Assembly (NCBI GenBank): GCA_026395955.1
Contig: JAPLXR010000007.1
Coordinates: forward strand, 1,957-65,956
Length of the DNA stretch: 64,000 nt
Source: Candidatus Nomurabacteria bacterium
GTDB lineage: Bacteria > Patescibacteriota > Minisyncoccia > Phycocordibacterales > UBA9973
Reading direction: 5' to 3'
The notes beneath the pieces were generated by a model that was not told the origin of the DNA, did no database searches, and worked only from the letters and a program-made list of their open reading frames with translations. Position numbers and translations under genes: made by a program. Within the stretch, counting starts at the first letter, position 1. Each line of letters opens with the position of its first letter. This document shows, piece after piece, positions 29,271 to 39,105 of the stretch.

Positions 29271-31109
29271 ATGTCGATATTTGATTCATTATTTGGAAAA
29301 AAGAAAACAGGAAAAGATGCCACCAGGGCTTCTGTTTTAGCCGTATTACCAGAAGAAATATATGAATCAGCAACACTAGAACTCCAAGATATAATAGCCC
29401 CTTCAGCATTAAAAGTAGAACCGAAATCATTAAACTTAGGGGATAAAATAGCTCGTACATTTTTCGTTATTTCTTATCCTAGATTCCTCACAGACAATTG
29501 GTTTTCTCCAATCATTAACTTGGATAAAATTTTTGATGTTGCTATCTATATACACCCAATAGATACATCATTAGCATTACGTGAATTTCAAAAGAAGGTT
29601 GCTGAAGTACAAAGTCAGATAAATGCTCGTGAATCAAAAGGTATGGTTCGTGATCCTATGCTTGATACTGCGAACGAAGATTTGGAAAATCTTCGTGACA
29701 GTTTAATGCAGGCACAAGAAAAGATGTTTGATGTTGGATTATATATTACTATTTATGCCGACAATGACCTAGAATTATTTAAAATAGAAAGTGAAATAAA
29801 ATCTATCCTAGAATCAAAACTTATTTATTTAAAACCTGCCTTATTCCAACAAGATGAAGGTTTTAAAAGTGTTATACCGATAGGTAATGATACTCTAAAT
29901 GTTCATCAAAAATTAAATTCTGAGCCATTATCGAGTATTTTTCCATTCGTTTCTTTCGACCTTACATCAGACAAAGGTATTTTGTACGGTTTAAACAGGC
30001 ACAATTCAAGTCTCGTTATCTTCGATAGATTTTCTCTCGAAAACTATAACTCTGTTATGTTCGCAAAGTCTGGATCCGGAAAATCATATTTTACAAAACT
30101 AGAAATTCTTCGTTCTCTAATGTTTGAAACAGATGTTATTGTTATTGACCCTGAAAGGGAATATGAATTCTTAGCAGAAGCTGTAGGTGGTAGATATTTT
30201 AATATCTCACTTTCTTCTGACCACCATATCAATCCTTTTGATTTACCTATACCACGTGAAGACGAAACAGCTGCTGATGTTTTACGTTCAAACATCATCA
30301 ACCTTGTTGGTTTATTTCGTCTCATGCTAGGAGGACTTACACCGGAAGAAGATTCATTAGTAGATCGTGCTATTTCTGAAACTTATGCAATCAAAGACAT
30401 AACTCCTGATTCTGATTTTTCAAATATTGAACCACCACTTCTTTCAGACTTTGAAATGGTTCTTTCTGGCATGGAAAACAGTGAGTCAGTTATTCAACGT
30501 TTAGTTAAATACACACGTGGATCTTGGTCTACATTCTTAAACAAACCATCAAACGTAGATATTAATAGAAAATTCATAGTTTTCTCTGTACGTGATATGG
30601 AAGATGAATTAAAACCTATCGCGATGTATATAGTTACACACTTTATATGGAATGCTGTACGTAAAAATCTTAAAAAGAGATTACTGGTGGTTGACGAGGC
30701 TTGGTGGATGATGAAAAGTGAAGACACTGCTTCATTCCTTTATAGTATTGCAAAAAGAGGTAGAAAATATTATTTAGGGCTTGCTACTATTACTCAAGAT
30801 GCGGCAGACTTTATGAAATCTCCATACGGAGCACCTATTGTTACAAACTCTTCTATTCAAATACTATTAAAACAATCTCCATCTACAATAGACATTCTAC
30901 AAAAAACATTCAACTTAACAGATGAAGAAAAATATCTCTTACTTGAATCCGGAGTGGGGGAGGGTATATTCTTCGCCGGAACAAAACACGTTGCTTTGAA
31001 AGTAATATCTTCATATACAGAAGACCAGATTATTACTTCTGATCCATCACAAATATTATCTATAAAGAAGGCGAAACAAGAGCTAGCGGAAGCAGAAGGT
31101 AAGAAATAA
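29271..31109 (+). CDS. virB4: VirB4-like type IV secretion ATPase
   Basis: FAKSGSGKS Walker A, VIDPEREY, INPFD, LVVDEAW Walker B, KRGRKY, TITQD. Confidence 0.92.
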   Translation: MSIFDSLFGKKKTGKDATRASVLAVLPEEIYESATLELQDIIAPSALKVEPKSLNLGDKIARTFFVISYPRFLTDNWFSPIINLDKIFDVAIYIHPIDTSLALREFQKKVAEVQSQINARESKGMVRDPMLDTANEDLENLRDSLMQAQEKMFDVGLYITIYADNDLELFKIESEIKSILESKLIYLKPALFQQDEGFKSVIPIGNDTLNVHQKLNSEPLSSIFPFVSFDLTSDKGILYGLNRHNSSLVIFDRFSLENYNSVMFAKSGSGKSYFTKLEILRSLMFETDVIVIDPEREYEFLAEAVGGRYFNISLSSDHHINPFDLPIPREDETAADVLRSNIINLVGLFRLMLGGLTPEEDSLVDRAISETYAIKDITPDSDFSNIEPPLLSDFEMVLSGMENSESVIQRLVKYTRGSWSTFLNKPSNVDINRKFIVFSVRDMEDELKPIAMYIVTHFIWNAVRKNLKKRLLVVDEAWWMMKSEDTASFLYSIAKRGRKYYLGLATITQDAADFMKSPYGAPIVTNSSIQILLKQSPSTIDILQKTFNLTDEEKYLLLESGVGEGIFFAGTKHVALKVISSYTEDQIITSDPSQILSIKKAKQELAEAEGKK

Positions 31110-31163
31110 AAATAAAAGATTTTAGTCTTTTATAACTTATGATTATAGGTTATAATAAATAGA

Positions 31164-32144
31164 ATGATAAAAAGGTTCAAAATTTCAGCTATTATATTTA
31201 CTTTAATGTTTTTTGCTTTTTCTGCTCATGCAGAAGTACATAATAGTGATATTATTTTAAATACATCGCCTAGATTTCCTAATCCAAATCAAAATGTTAA
31301 GGCAAGTGTCAGCACTTATGCAACAGATTTAAATAAGGCAAACATATCTTGGTCTATAAATGGAAAAGAGTCTGCAGTTGGTGTAGGTAAAAAAGATTTT
31401 ACTTTTACAATGGGAAATGTCGGTGAATCTTTGAGCCTCGAAGCTAAAATAGAAACAGTTGAAGGACAGAGTATTAATAAAAATATTCTTTTAACTCCAG
31501 CTGAAGTAGACATGCTTTGGGAGGGTTATGATTCATACACACCACCTTTTTATCGTGGAAAAACATTAGTTCCAGAAGAGGGAACTTTTAAAGTCGTTGC
31601 TATGCCAAACCTAACAACAACATACGGACACATGAATCCAGAAAATCTATCTTATATATGGAAACAAGATGATAATGGCCAACCACAAGCTTCTGGTTGG
31701 GGTAAGAATTATTATACTTTCAAAAATAGTTATTTAGATAAAAACAATAAAATAGAAGTAACTGCTTCTGACATAACAGGTGCGACTAATGCAACAGGGA
31801 ATCTAACTTTATATACAGCAAATCCTGAAATACTTTTTTATGAAAACAATCCAAATCTAGGTATAAATTATAGCTCTGTAATAAACAATGGTTTCAATAT
31901 AAATAAAAAAGGAGAGACTTTTGTGGTAGAACCTTATTTCTTTGAACCAAGAGATTTAAGTTCTCCAAACCTACAATTCGATTGGTCAATAAATGACACA
32001 CAAACAGCTACGCCAACTCCTAAGAATTTTCTATCTATAAAACCAGACCCAAATCAATCCGGAAGTGCTAAAATAAACATATCGATTAATAATGCAAAAA
32101 CACTTTTCCAAAGTTTAACCAAAGAATTAAATGTTAATTTTTAA
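31164..32144 (+). CDS. Exported Ig/PKD-like repeat protein
   Basis: Signal peptide (AHA|E); repeated beta-sandwich-like units (ISWSING, YIWKQD, FDWSIND); YTPPFYRGK. Confidence 0.75.
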   Translation: MIKRFKISAIIFTLMFFAFSAHAEVHNSDIILNTSPRFPNPNQNVKASVSTYATDLNKANISWSINGKESAVGVGKKDFTFTMGNVGESLSLEAKIETVEGQSINKNILLTPAEVDMLWEGYDSYTPPFYRGKTLVPEEGTFKVVAMPNLTTTYGHMNPENLSYIWKQDDNGQPQASGWGKNYYTFKNSYLDKNNKIEVTASDITGATNATGNLTLYTANPEILFYENNPNLGINYSSVINNGFNINKKGETFVVEPYFFEPRDLSSPNLQFDWSINDTQTATPTPKNFLSIKPDPNQSGSAKINISINNAKTLFQSLTKELNVNF

Positions 32145-32145
32145 T

Positions 32146-33981
32146 ATGAAAAAAATAATCTCAAAAATTTTAATAAGCACTATACTTGCTTCTATTGTGT
32201 TTGGGTTTTTTGTATTTAATCCTAAAACATCTTTTGCTACAGGCACTTGTACAGTTCAATCTGCGACATTTACTCCAAACGGAACTCAGGTTGCTGCATG
32301 GTATCATGATGGACACGAACCAGAAGTACTGGTTGATATAGTAACAACAAACTGTGAAGGGCAAACAATACAGGCATCTATTCGAGCTACAATACAACAG
32401 CAAAGCATTGCAGCATTAAACAGAAAGGATATTATCGTACCTGCAAGCAATCACATGATCATCCATATGAAGGCAGGAGAAGATACTTGTACTAGTATTG
32501 GCCACTCTTCTACTACCCCGGATTGTACCTTCTTTATTGCTGTATACCTCCCAGGAACATTAGTAACACCTGATTACGAAACTAACTCGCAAGCAACAAC
32601 TGCAGGTAAATTACTGTATAAATGTGACGGTTATTGTACTACTGCCAACTGGCAATTTCTCTACGTTGATCGAGTGGGTGGGCAAGTATCTTTTGATACA
32701 AACAGTTTTATTACCCAAGTCAACACCACAGCAGCTAATTTGAGTCTGATCATTCTAACTACCGAAGACGGCTATGTGAACAACTCAGCTGGTGTAACAT
32801 TAACCGATGCTACTGGTGCAGTAATCGGAACCGAACAACTTGTTCCTATAGCAAATAATACAGCGACTCAAACAGTGCATGCTCAATTTCCTAATCTTAC
32901 TGCGGGAGCAAGTTACGCATGGCGTGCGCACATCACTAAAAGTGACACAAATGTAATTAAAAGTATTACGAAAACATTTACCTTACAAGATAGTTCACAT
33001 AATGGTCAACCTCTTACAAGTGGCACTGCTCCGCAATTAGACACGGGCCACCTGGATGATACATCTTCTTCTGTAAACACTAATACCGATTATTATCCAT
33101 TAGCACCATTACCAGGAGTAGGGGTGGTGTGTTCAAATAATCCAGATACAAACGACCCGACAAATAAAAATTGTATTCATACACAAAAAGATGAATCTAC
33201 AAACCCTTGTCCTTTTGGAGATTATTTAAATGCTTTAATAAAAATATTTATCGGTATTTGTGCAGTCTTAGCTTTTATAATGATCGTTCTCGGTGGAATA
33301 GAATATATCACAAGCGAGCTCATCTCTAATAAGGCAGAAGGCAAGAAGCGCATAACCGGCGCAATATTCGGTCTCATTCTCGCTCTTGCTTCTTATGCAT
33401 TACTTAACACAATCAATCCTGCAGTGTTACAGGTTTGTTTAAATCAATTGCCTCAAGCAACAGTAACAATAGGTGGTGATACAAATACTCCAATTGCTAG
33501 CAACATAACAGGTACACTTCCTTCTGGGATAGTATGTACTAGTGGACAATCAAACATACCAGCTATTGCAAATAGTTTTGCTGGTAAGATGACTTATCTT
33601 ATGGGAGCAAAAGGAACTCCAGGACCAAACAACACAATACAACTTGATTGTTCTGGTTTCGTAAACTATGTATTAAAATGCGCTGGTGTACCATTTATAA
33701 ACGGAGGTACAGCAAATATCTTTAGTGGAGCTGAAAATGTAACTTCGATTTCTGGAAGTTCAGTAAATGGTCAAGCATTACATATAGGAGATTTATTAGG
33801 ATGGATGCCAGGAGAACTAGGAAATAAATACGGAGGCTCAGGTCACGTAATGATATATATAGGAAATAGCAGTGTTCAAGCAGCAGATTCTCATGGAGGA
33901 TCTTCTGTTGGAAATGCATTAGGAGTATTTCCAATAACAAAGTATGCAACAGATATTAAACACATTAAAAGAGCACCATAA
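32146..33981 (+). CDS. Fusion: exported domain + VirB2/TrbC-like pilin segment + NlpC/P60 peptidase
   Basis: YYPLAPLPG...LAFIMIVLGGIEYITS...GKKRITGAIFGLILALASYALLNTINP (CPR pilin); LDCSGFV and GHVMIYIG (NlpC/P60). Confidence 0.85.
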   Translation: MKKIISKILISTILASIVFGFFVFNPKTSFATGTCTVQSATFTPNGTQVAAWYHDGHEPEVLVDIVTTNCEGQTIQASIRATIQQQSIAALNRKDIIVPASNHMIIHMKAGEDTCTSIGHSSTTPDCTFFIAVYLPGTLVTPDYETNSQATTAGKLLYKCDGYCTTANWQFLYVDRVGGQVSFDTNSFITQVNTTAANLSLIILTTEDGYVNNSAGVTLTDATGAVIGTEQLVPIANNTATQTVHAQFPNLTAGASYAWRAHITKSDTNVIKSITKTFTLQDSSHNGQPLTSGTAPQLDTGHLDDTSSSVNTNTDYYPLAPLPGVGVVCSNNPDTNDPTNKNCIHTQKDESTNPCPFGDYLNALIKIFIGICAVLAFIMIVLGGIEYITSELISNKAEGKKRITGAIFGLILALASYALLNTINPAVLQVCLNQLPQATVTIGGDTNTPIASNITGTLPSGIVCTSGQSNIPAIANSFAGKMTYLMGAKGTPGPNNTIQLDCSGFVNYVLKCAGVPFINGGTANIFSGAENVTSISGSSVNGQALHIGDLLGWMPGELGNKYGGSGHVMIYIGNSSVQAADSHGGSSVGNALGVFPITKYATDIKHIKRAP

Positions 33982-33989
33982 ATTATAAT

Positions 33990-35363
33990 ATGCAAAAAAG
34001 AAACGTAATACTTTTAATAATCACTCTCGGGGCCATCACACTTGGTTTCTTTATATATTTATATATGTTCCCAAGCACAAAACCATTAACACAAAACACA
34101 GATTCAGGTTCTTTTAATTTCTTTCCATTTGGAAGTACTCCTAAAAAGGGGACTACAGACAATCCGGCAAACATATCAGGAATAATTACAAATAACCCAT
34201 TAACAGACAATCCAGTTGTAAATAACGCAAAAATAAAAAAAATCTCTAGTTTCCCTGTAGCAGGTTATGGTATATATAACAAACAAATTTTCCAAAACAT
34301 ACCACTAGAGACACCTTCATCAACTCCAATGATAGATCAAACAGCTACAAGTACACCAAAAAAGGCAGTAGCTAAAACACCAGCAGTAAAACCTACACCA
34401 CCACCTACGATACTCGTCACCACAGTTAGATACGTAAACAAAGAAACAGGTAACATATACCAAACACCAGCAGATAATATCAGCGAGACAAAATACACAG
34501 CAACAATAATTCCAAAAATATATGAATCATTTTTTGCAAACAATTCTGGTCAAGTTATAATGCGTTATTTAAAAGAAGACTATAAGACAATAGAAACTTA
34601 TCTAGGAACACTCCCTGTAGAAGTTCTAGGAGGGGACTCAACAAACACAAATGAAATAAAAGGTTCTTTCTTGCCAGAAAACATTACAGACATGAGTGTT
34701 TCTCCAGACGAAAGTAATATTTTTTACTTAATAAATTCTAATAATTCTACAGTAGGTGTCACAGCAGGAGCATTAGGAGACAAGAAGACTCAAATATTTA
34801 ATTCTGCTTTTAATGGTTGGATTACACAATGGCCAAATGCAAAAATAATTACAATTACAACAAAAGCTGCAGCGGGTTATCCTGGATATATGTATTCAAT
34901 AGATCCATCAATGAAAACTATAAATAAAGTTATTGGTGGAATAAGTGGCCTTACAACACTCATGAGTCCTTCAGGAAATTTTGTTCTATACAATACTTCA
35001 AATAATGGAACAGTTAGTCTAAATATTTATCACACAGATACAGGCAATTCAGATCAATTGGGAATAAAAACTTTACCAGAAAAATGTGTTTGGGCTAAAG
35101 CAAGTAGTTCTCTATACTGTGCAGTTCCTCGTTTTATGGATAGTGCTAAATATCCAGATGACTGGTATAAAGGATTAATTTCTTTTGGAGATGAAATTTG
35201 GAAAGTAGATTTAACTAATGGAAATGCAAAGAAAATAGCAGACTCAGTACAAACAACAGGGGAGGAAGTAGATGGAATAAAATTAGGAATAGATGATGGA
35301 GAAAATTATTTATTCTTCATAAACAAAAAAGACGGCTATCTCTGGGAATTGAATTTAAAATAA
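33990..35363 (+). CDS. Membrane-anchored beta-propeller-like protein
   Basis: N-terminal TM; SVSPD, LMSPSG, TLPEKCVW, YPDDWYKG repeats. Confidence 0.75.
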   Translation: MQKRNVILLIITLGAITLGFFIYLYMFPSTKPLTQNTDSGSFNFFPFGSTPKKGTTDNPANISGIITNNPLTDNPVVNNAKIKKISSFPVAGYGIYNKQIFQNIPLETPSSTPMIDQTATSTPKKAVAKTPAVKPTPPPTILVTTVRYVNKETGNIYQTPADNISETKYTATIIPKIYESFFANNSGQVIMRYLKEDYKTIETYLGTLPVEVLGGDSTNTNEIKGSFLPENITDMSVSPDESNIFYLINSNNSTVGVTAGALGDKKTQIFNSAFNGWITQWPNAKIITITTKAAAGYPGYMYSIDPSMKTINKVIGGISGLTTLMSPSGNFVLYNTSNNGTVSLNIYHTDTGNSDQLGIKTLPEKCVWAKASSSLYCAVPRFMDSAKYPDDWYKGLISFGDEIWKVDLTNGNAKKIADSVQTTGEEVDGIKLGIDDGENYLFFINKKDGYLWELNLK

Positions 35364-35366
35364 TAT

Positions 35367-35391
35367 AAAAAACCGGCATTGCCGGTTTTTT
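35367..35391. terminator. Bidirectional terminator
   Basis: aaaaaaccggca-t-tgccggtttttt between convergent genes. Confidence 0.75.
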
Positions 35392-35875
35392 ATATATTAC
35401 CTATATATTTAATAACTACATGACGACTTGGTCCAAAACCAGCTGATTCAGATTTTAAATCAGAATGATTTGAAACATATTCATGAACAATACGGCGATC
35501 AAAAGCTGACATTGGCTCCACTTCAACACTAGACTGAAAATAACGAGCTCTTTCGGCAATCATATGAGCGACAGCTTTAACACTTTCAACTCTTTTCTTT
35601 TGAAGATCTCCAATATCTATCAATATACCTTCATGTCCACCTTCTATATTTTCATTTAAAACAGGTTGGTTCTTTTCAAGAACCCTTTTAACCAAGTGAT
35701 TCAAGGCATGCAACGCTTCACCTTCACGATTAGTAAAAAAATGAGGTTGATCTACTATGATAGAGTACCATGTTGTTTTAGAATTTTCAGGAGTTTCAAC
35801 AATAATATCAGAAACAGTTATATTCATATTTTGAATAATGTCTTTTATTAAATTTTGAATTTCTTGTTTATTCAT
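35390..35875 (-). CDS. jag: Jag/KhpB RNA-binding protein (KH + R3H)
   Basis: REGEALHALNHL; EPMSAFDRRIVH...SESAGFGPSRHVVI; canonical position after yidC. Confidence 0.9.
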   Translation of the reverse strand: MNKQEIQNLIKDIIQNMNITVSDIIVETPENSKTTWYSIIVDQPHFFTNREGEALHALNHLVKRVLEKNQPVLNENIEGGHEGILIDIGDLQKKRVESVKAVAHMIAERARYFQSSVEVEPMSAFDRRIVHEYVSNHSDLKSESAGFGPSRHVVIKYIGNI

Positions 35876-35889
35876 AATATTTTAAAAAA

Positions 35890-36609
35890 TTACTTGATAA
35901 CTAAATTCTTGTTTTTCTTATTAACATGGATTTGTTGAAAGACAGTAAAAACATTACTTGTAATCCAATATAAGGCAATTGCACCAGAAATACGGTAAGC
36001 AATAAAGGTGATAAGGATAGGGAAGACGTATTTCATCTGCATTTGCATACTTCGAGCAAAACTTTCTTGGAAAGAATTACCTCCAGTGTCTGGAGTATTT
36101 GGTTTTGGCATATAATAAGCCTGGAAGAATTGTGACGCACCGGCCAAAATAGCTAAGATTAAACTCTTACTAGCTAAGTCTATACCTAGGAAATACATAT
36201 TTATCTTTGCTGGAATATGAACAAAAGAATATAAAATATCAGCATTAAAATCTATACCCTTAAAGAAAACATAATATAAAGCTAAAATAATAGGAATTTG
36301 TATAAAAACTAAAAGACAACCAGAAAATGGATTGGTCTTGTATTCTTTATATAATTCGAAAGTCTTTTTAGCTTGTTCTTCTTTGTTTAAACCAGAAGCT
36401 TTAATCTTTGCTATCTCTGGCTCTAAAAGCTTCATTTTTGACTGAGATTCAATAGAGCGACGAGAAAGGGGAATAAGTGCTGTTTTAACTAAAAGAGTTA
36501 ATAAAATAACAGCAATACCAACATTTCCACCAGGAATAAAAGAAACAATTAAGGCCAAAGCATTAACAAAAGGTTTATATAAAATTGAATTCCAAAGATT
36601 ATGTAACAT
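35890..36609 (-). CDS. yidC: Membrane protein insertase YidC
   Basis: GIAVILLTLLVK, NPFSGCL..IQIPI, ALYWITSN. Confidence 0.95.
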   Translation of the reverse strand: MLHNLWNSILYKPFVNALALIVSFIPGGNVGIAVILLTLLVKTALIPLSRRSIESQSKMKLLEPEIAKIKASGLNKEEQAKKTFELYKEYKTNPFSGCLLVFIQIPIILALYYVFFKGIDFNADILYSFVHIPAKINMYFLGIDLASKSLILAILAGASQFFQAYYMPKPNTPDTGGNSFQESFARSMQMQMKYVFPILITFIAYRISGAIALYWITSNVFTVFQQIHVNKKNKNLVIK

Positions 36610-36645
36610 TCTCTCATTCTACTCTAGAATTATAAAAAATCAAAG

Positions 36646-36864
36646 TTACTTTAATGGATCTATATGGTTTTTTTGCCAAGGGTGACAACGGAGAATACGT
36701 AAGATACTTAAATATAAACCTTTTAATACACCATATTTTTCAAAGGCTTGTTTTGAATATTCAGAGCAAGTAGGATAAAAAATGCAATTACCCTTATTTT
36801 TTAAGGGTGATATGCTTTTTTGGTAAAAATTAATGAATTTTATTAAGTATTTCTTTAATTTCAT
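36646..36864 (-). CDS. yidD: Membrane protein insertion efficiency factor YidD
   Basis: YQKSISP...CIFYPTCSEY...RILRCHPW..DP. Confidence 0.95.
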   Translation of the reverse strand: MKLKKYLIKFINFYQKSISPLKNKGNCIFYPTCSEYSKQAFEKYGVLKGLYLSILRILRCHPWQKNHIDPLK

Positions 36865-37192
36865 TTTCTAAATTTAATGTTGGATTATAAAGCTTATTTT
36901 TCTTTTTACCAAAGATATCAAGACTCTTTTTACCAAATACAAATACTCCTGTAGTATTTTTAGGTAATAAATCAAAATATTTTCTAATAACGGCATAACC
37001 ACGACGACGTAATAAATTTCTTCCTACAGCTCTTTTACAAACACTTTTAGGTGCAGTAAAAGAAATTTGAGGGGAGTCTATTTCAGGATACTTTATATAT
37101 TTAAAGGATAAATTAGTAGAATTAACAAAACAGCCTTGTTTAAAGACTTTTTCAACCGTTTTACGGTCAGTTCTGTTTTTTTGAGTTAGCAT
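36830..37192 (-). CDS. rnpA: Ribonuclease P protein component
   Basis: KSVCKRAVGRNLLRRR (RNR motif); synteny rpmH-rnpA-yidD-yidC. Confidence 0.9.
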   Translation of the reverse strand: MLTQKNRTDRKTVEKVFKQGCFVNSTNLSFKYIKYPEIDSPQISFTAPKSVCKRAVGRNLLRRRGYAVIRKYFDLLPKNTTGVFVFGKKSLDIFGKKKNKLYNPTLNLENEIKEILNKIH

Positions 37193-37206
37193 ACGCTAAA
37201 ATAAGC

Positions 37207-37341
37207 TTATACTGCAAGCTTTTTTCGTCCTTTTTGTAAACGACGCTTTAGAACAGCTTTACCATTTTTAGTCTTTGAACGGACTAAGAAGCCGTGAGTT
37301 GTTGCTCTTTTTCTCTTTTTAGGTTGGTATGTTTGTGACAT
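37207..37341 (-). CDS. rpmH: 50S ribosomal protein L34 (not in ORF track)
   Basis: Translates to [44 protein letters not shown]. Confidence 0.97.
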   Translation of the reverse strand: MSQTYQPKKRKRATTHGFLVRSKTKNGKAVLKRRLQKGRKKLAV

Positions 37342-37415
37342 ATTTATATACTATAATATTTTTATTTAAAAATCAAGAAATAACTATATAAATCATTAAT
37401 ATTAGAGTAGCTGAG

Positions 37416-37435
37416 TTATCCACAGTTTATAAACA
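37416..37435 (+). promoter_or_regulatory. DnaA boxes upstream of dnaA
   Basis: Perfect TTATCCACA at 37416 and imperfect TTATAAACA at 37427. Confidence 0.8.
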
Positions 37436-37492
37436 TGGTTAATAAGTTTTAGTAATTTCCTTTGAAACACGAGAGCGGGTATAATAGTAAGC

Positions 37493-38854
37493 ATGATTGA
37501 TGCAAAAGAACTTTGGAGAAAGTGTTTAGGTGAAATAGAAAATGAAGTTTCAAAAGCTAATTTTAGTACATGGTTTAAAAATACTTGTATATTAAAAGAG
37601 GACACGGGTGTTATATATATTGGTGTACCAAATGAGTTTGTTCGTGATTGGTTAAAAAATAAATATCACAAATTAATAACTAAAACTATTGCTGATTTCT
37701 ATGATTCAATGAGAGCAGTAGAATACTCTATCACTAAAATAGATAGCTTACAAAAAGATGTACAAATAGGAGGAGAATCTAATCAACAAAATACAAACAA
37801 GGAACTTCCATTGAAAGATCTTTATATAAACAAAGACGATAATTTAAATCCTAGATATAGATTTGATTCCTTTATTGTTGGACCATTTAATGAATTAGCC
37901 TATTCAGCTGCTCAAAATATCGTTGCAAAACCAGGAATGAATTATAATCCATTCTTCGTTTATGGTGGAACAGGTTTAGGAAAAACTCATTTACTCCAAG
38001 CAATAGGCAACGCTATAAAAGAAAAGTATCAAGATAAAAAAGTTCATTATATAACTCTTGAGAAATTTGCTACAGATTTAGTTAATTCTTTCCAAGCAGG
38101 GAACAATAAAGCAAATGCATTTAAAGAAAAATATCGTAAATATGATTTATTAATCATAGACGATATTCAATTCATTGGAAAAATGGAAAAAACTCAAGAA
38201 GAACTTTTTCATACATTTAATACTTTTCACGAAAACAATAAACAAATAGTTTTTTCTTCTGATAAACATCCGAACTTTATTCCAGGACTCGAAGACAGAT
38301 TGAAGTCTCGTTTTTCTGCTGGAATGATTGTAGATATTTCAGAACCAGAATATGAATCTCGTTTGGCTATTTTAAAAGTTAAATTACAAGAACTTGGAAT
38401 AACACTAGAAGACGAATTAGTTCAATATGTAGCTGAAGCTATTCAAGGGAATATTCGTGAATTAGAAGGTTCTCTAAACACAATAATAGCCCAATTACGC
38501 CTTAAAAATAGACCTATTTCAGTAAATGAAGTTAAAAATTTAATTAAAAATAATATTAAACCAAAGAAGAATGTAGCTATTAAAGAAATAGTAAAGATTG
38601 TTGCTGATTTTTATAACTTAGAAGAAGCAGAAATATACGAAAAAACTCGTCGTAAAGAAATAGTAAGAGCTAGACAAGTAGTTATGTATGTACTTCGTGA
38701 AGATTTTAATATTTCTTATCCTTTAATAGGACAAAAACTCGGGGGTAAAGATCACACTACAGTTATTCATTCACATTTAAAAATAAAATCTGATTTAAAA
38801 ACTGATCCGAGTTTGGTCCAAGATTTAGAACAGATAAGAGTATTATTTAAGTAG
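37493..38854 (+). CDS. dnaA: Chromosomal replication initiator DnaA
   Basis: YNPFFVYGGTGLGKTHLL, LIIDDIQF, GNIRELEG, GGKDHTTVIH. Confidence 0.98.
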   Translation: MIDAKELWRKCLGEIENEVSKANFSTWFKNTCILKEDTGVIYIGVPNEFVRDWLKNKYHKLITKTIADFYDSMRAVEYSITKIDSLQKDVQIGGESNQQNTNKELPLKDLYINKDDNLNPRYRFDSFIVGPFNELAYSAAQNIVAKPGMNYNPFFVYGGTGLGKTHLLQAIGNAIKEKYQDKKVHYITLEKFATDLVNSFQAGNNKANAFKEKYRKYDLLIIDDIQFIGKMEKTQEELFHTFNTFHENNKQIVFSSDKHPNFIPGLEDRLKSRFSAGMIVDISEPEYESRLAILKVKLQELGITLEDELVQYVAEAIQGNIRELEGSLNTIIAQLRLKNRPISVNEVKNLIKNNIKPKKNVAIKEIVKIVADFYNLEEAEIYEKTRRKEIVRARQVVMYVLREDFNISYPLIGQKLGGKDHTTVIHSHLKIKSDLKTDPSLVQDLEQIRVLFK

Positions 38855-39105
38855 TTGAAAACATTGTGGAAAAAGTAATGAAAAGTTAATAATAAAAAAT
38901 GGATAAAAGAAATTAACTACTTAATAAAATGTTAATAAAAAATTGTAAAAAATAAATTATGTGGATAACATTAAAATTATTAAAAAGAAATTAAATTACA
39001 AATATAAAAAATAGCGTTATAAATAAAATATAAAAACTACTTATCCACTTATCCACTTGTATAGTAGTAATAATAAATTATATATATAATATTTAATAAA
39101 ATACT
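38855..39105. other. Putative oriC (dnaA-dnaN spacer)
   Basis: DnaA boxes TGTGGAAAA (38865), TGTGGATAA (38960), tandem TTATCCACT (39041, 39049), then TAG-TAG-TAA-TAA-TAA trios and AT-rich DNA. Confidence 0.8.
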
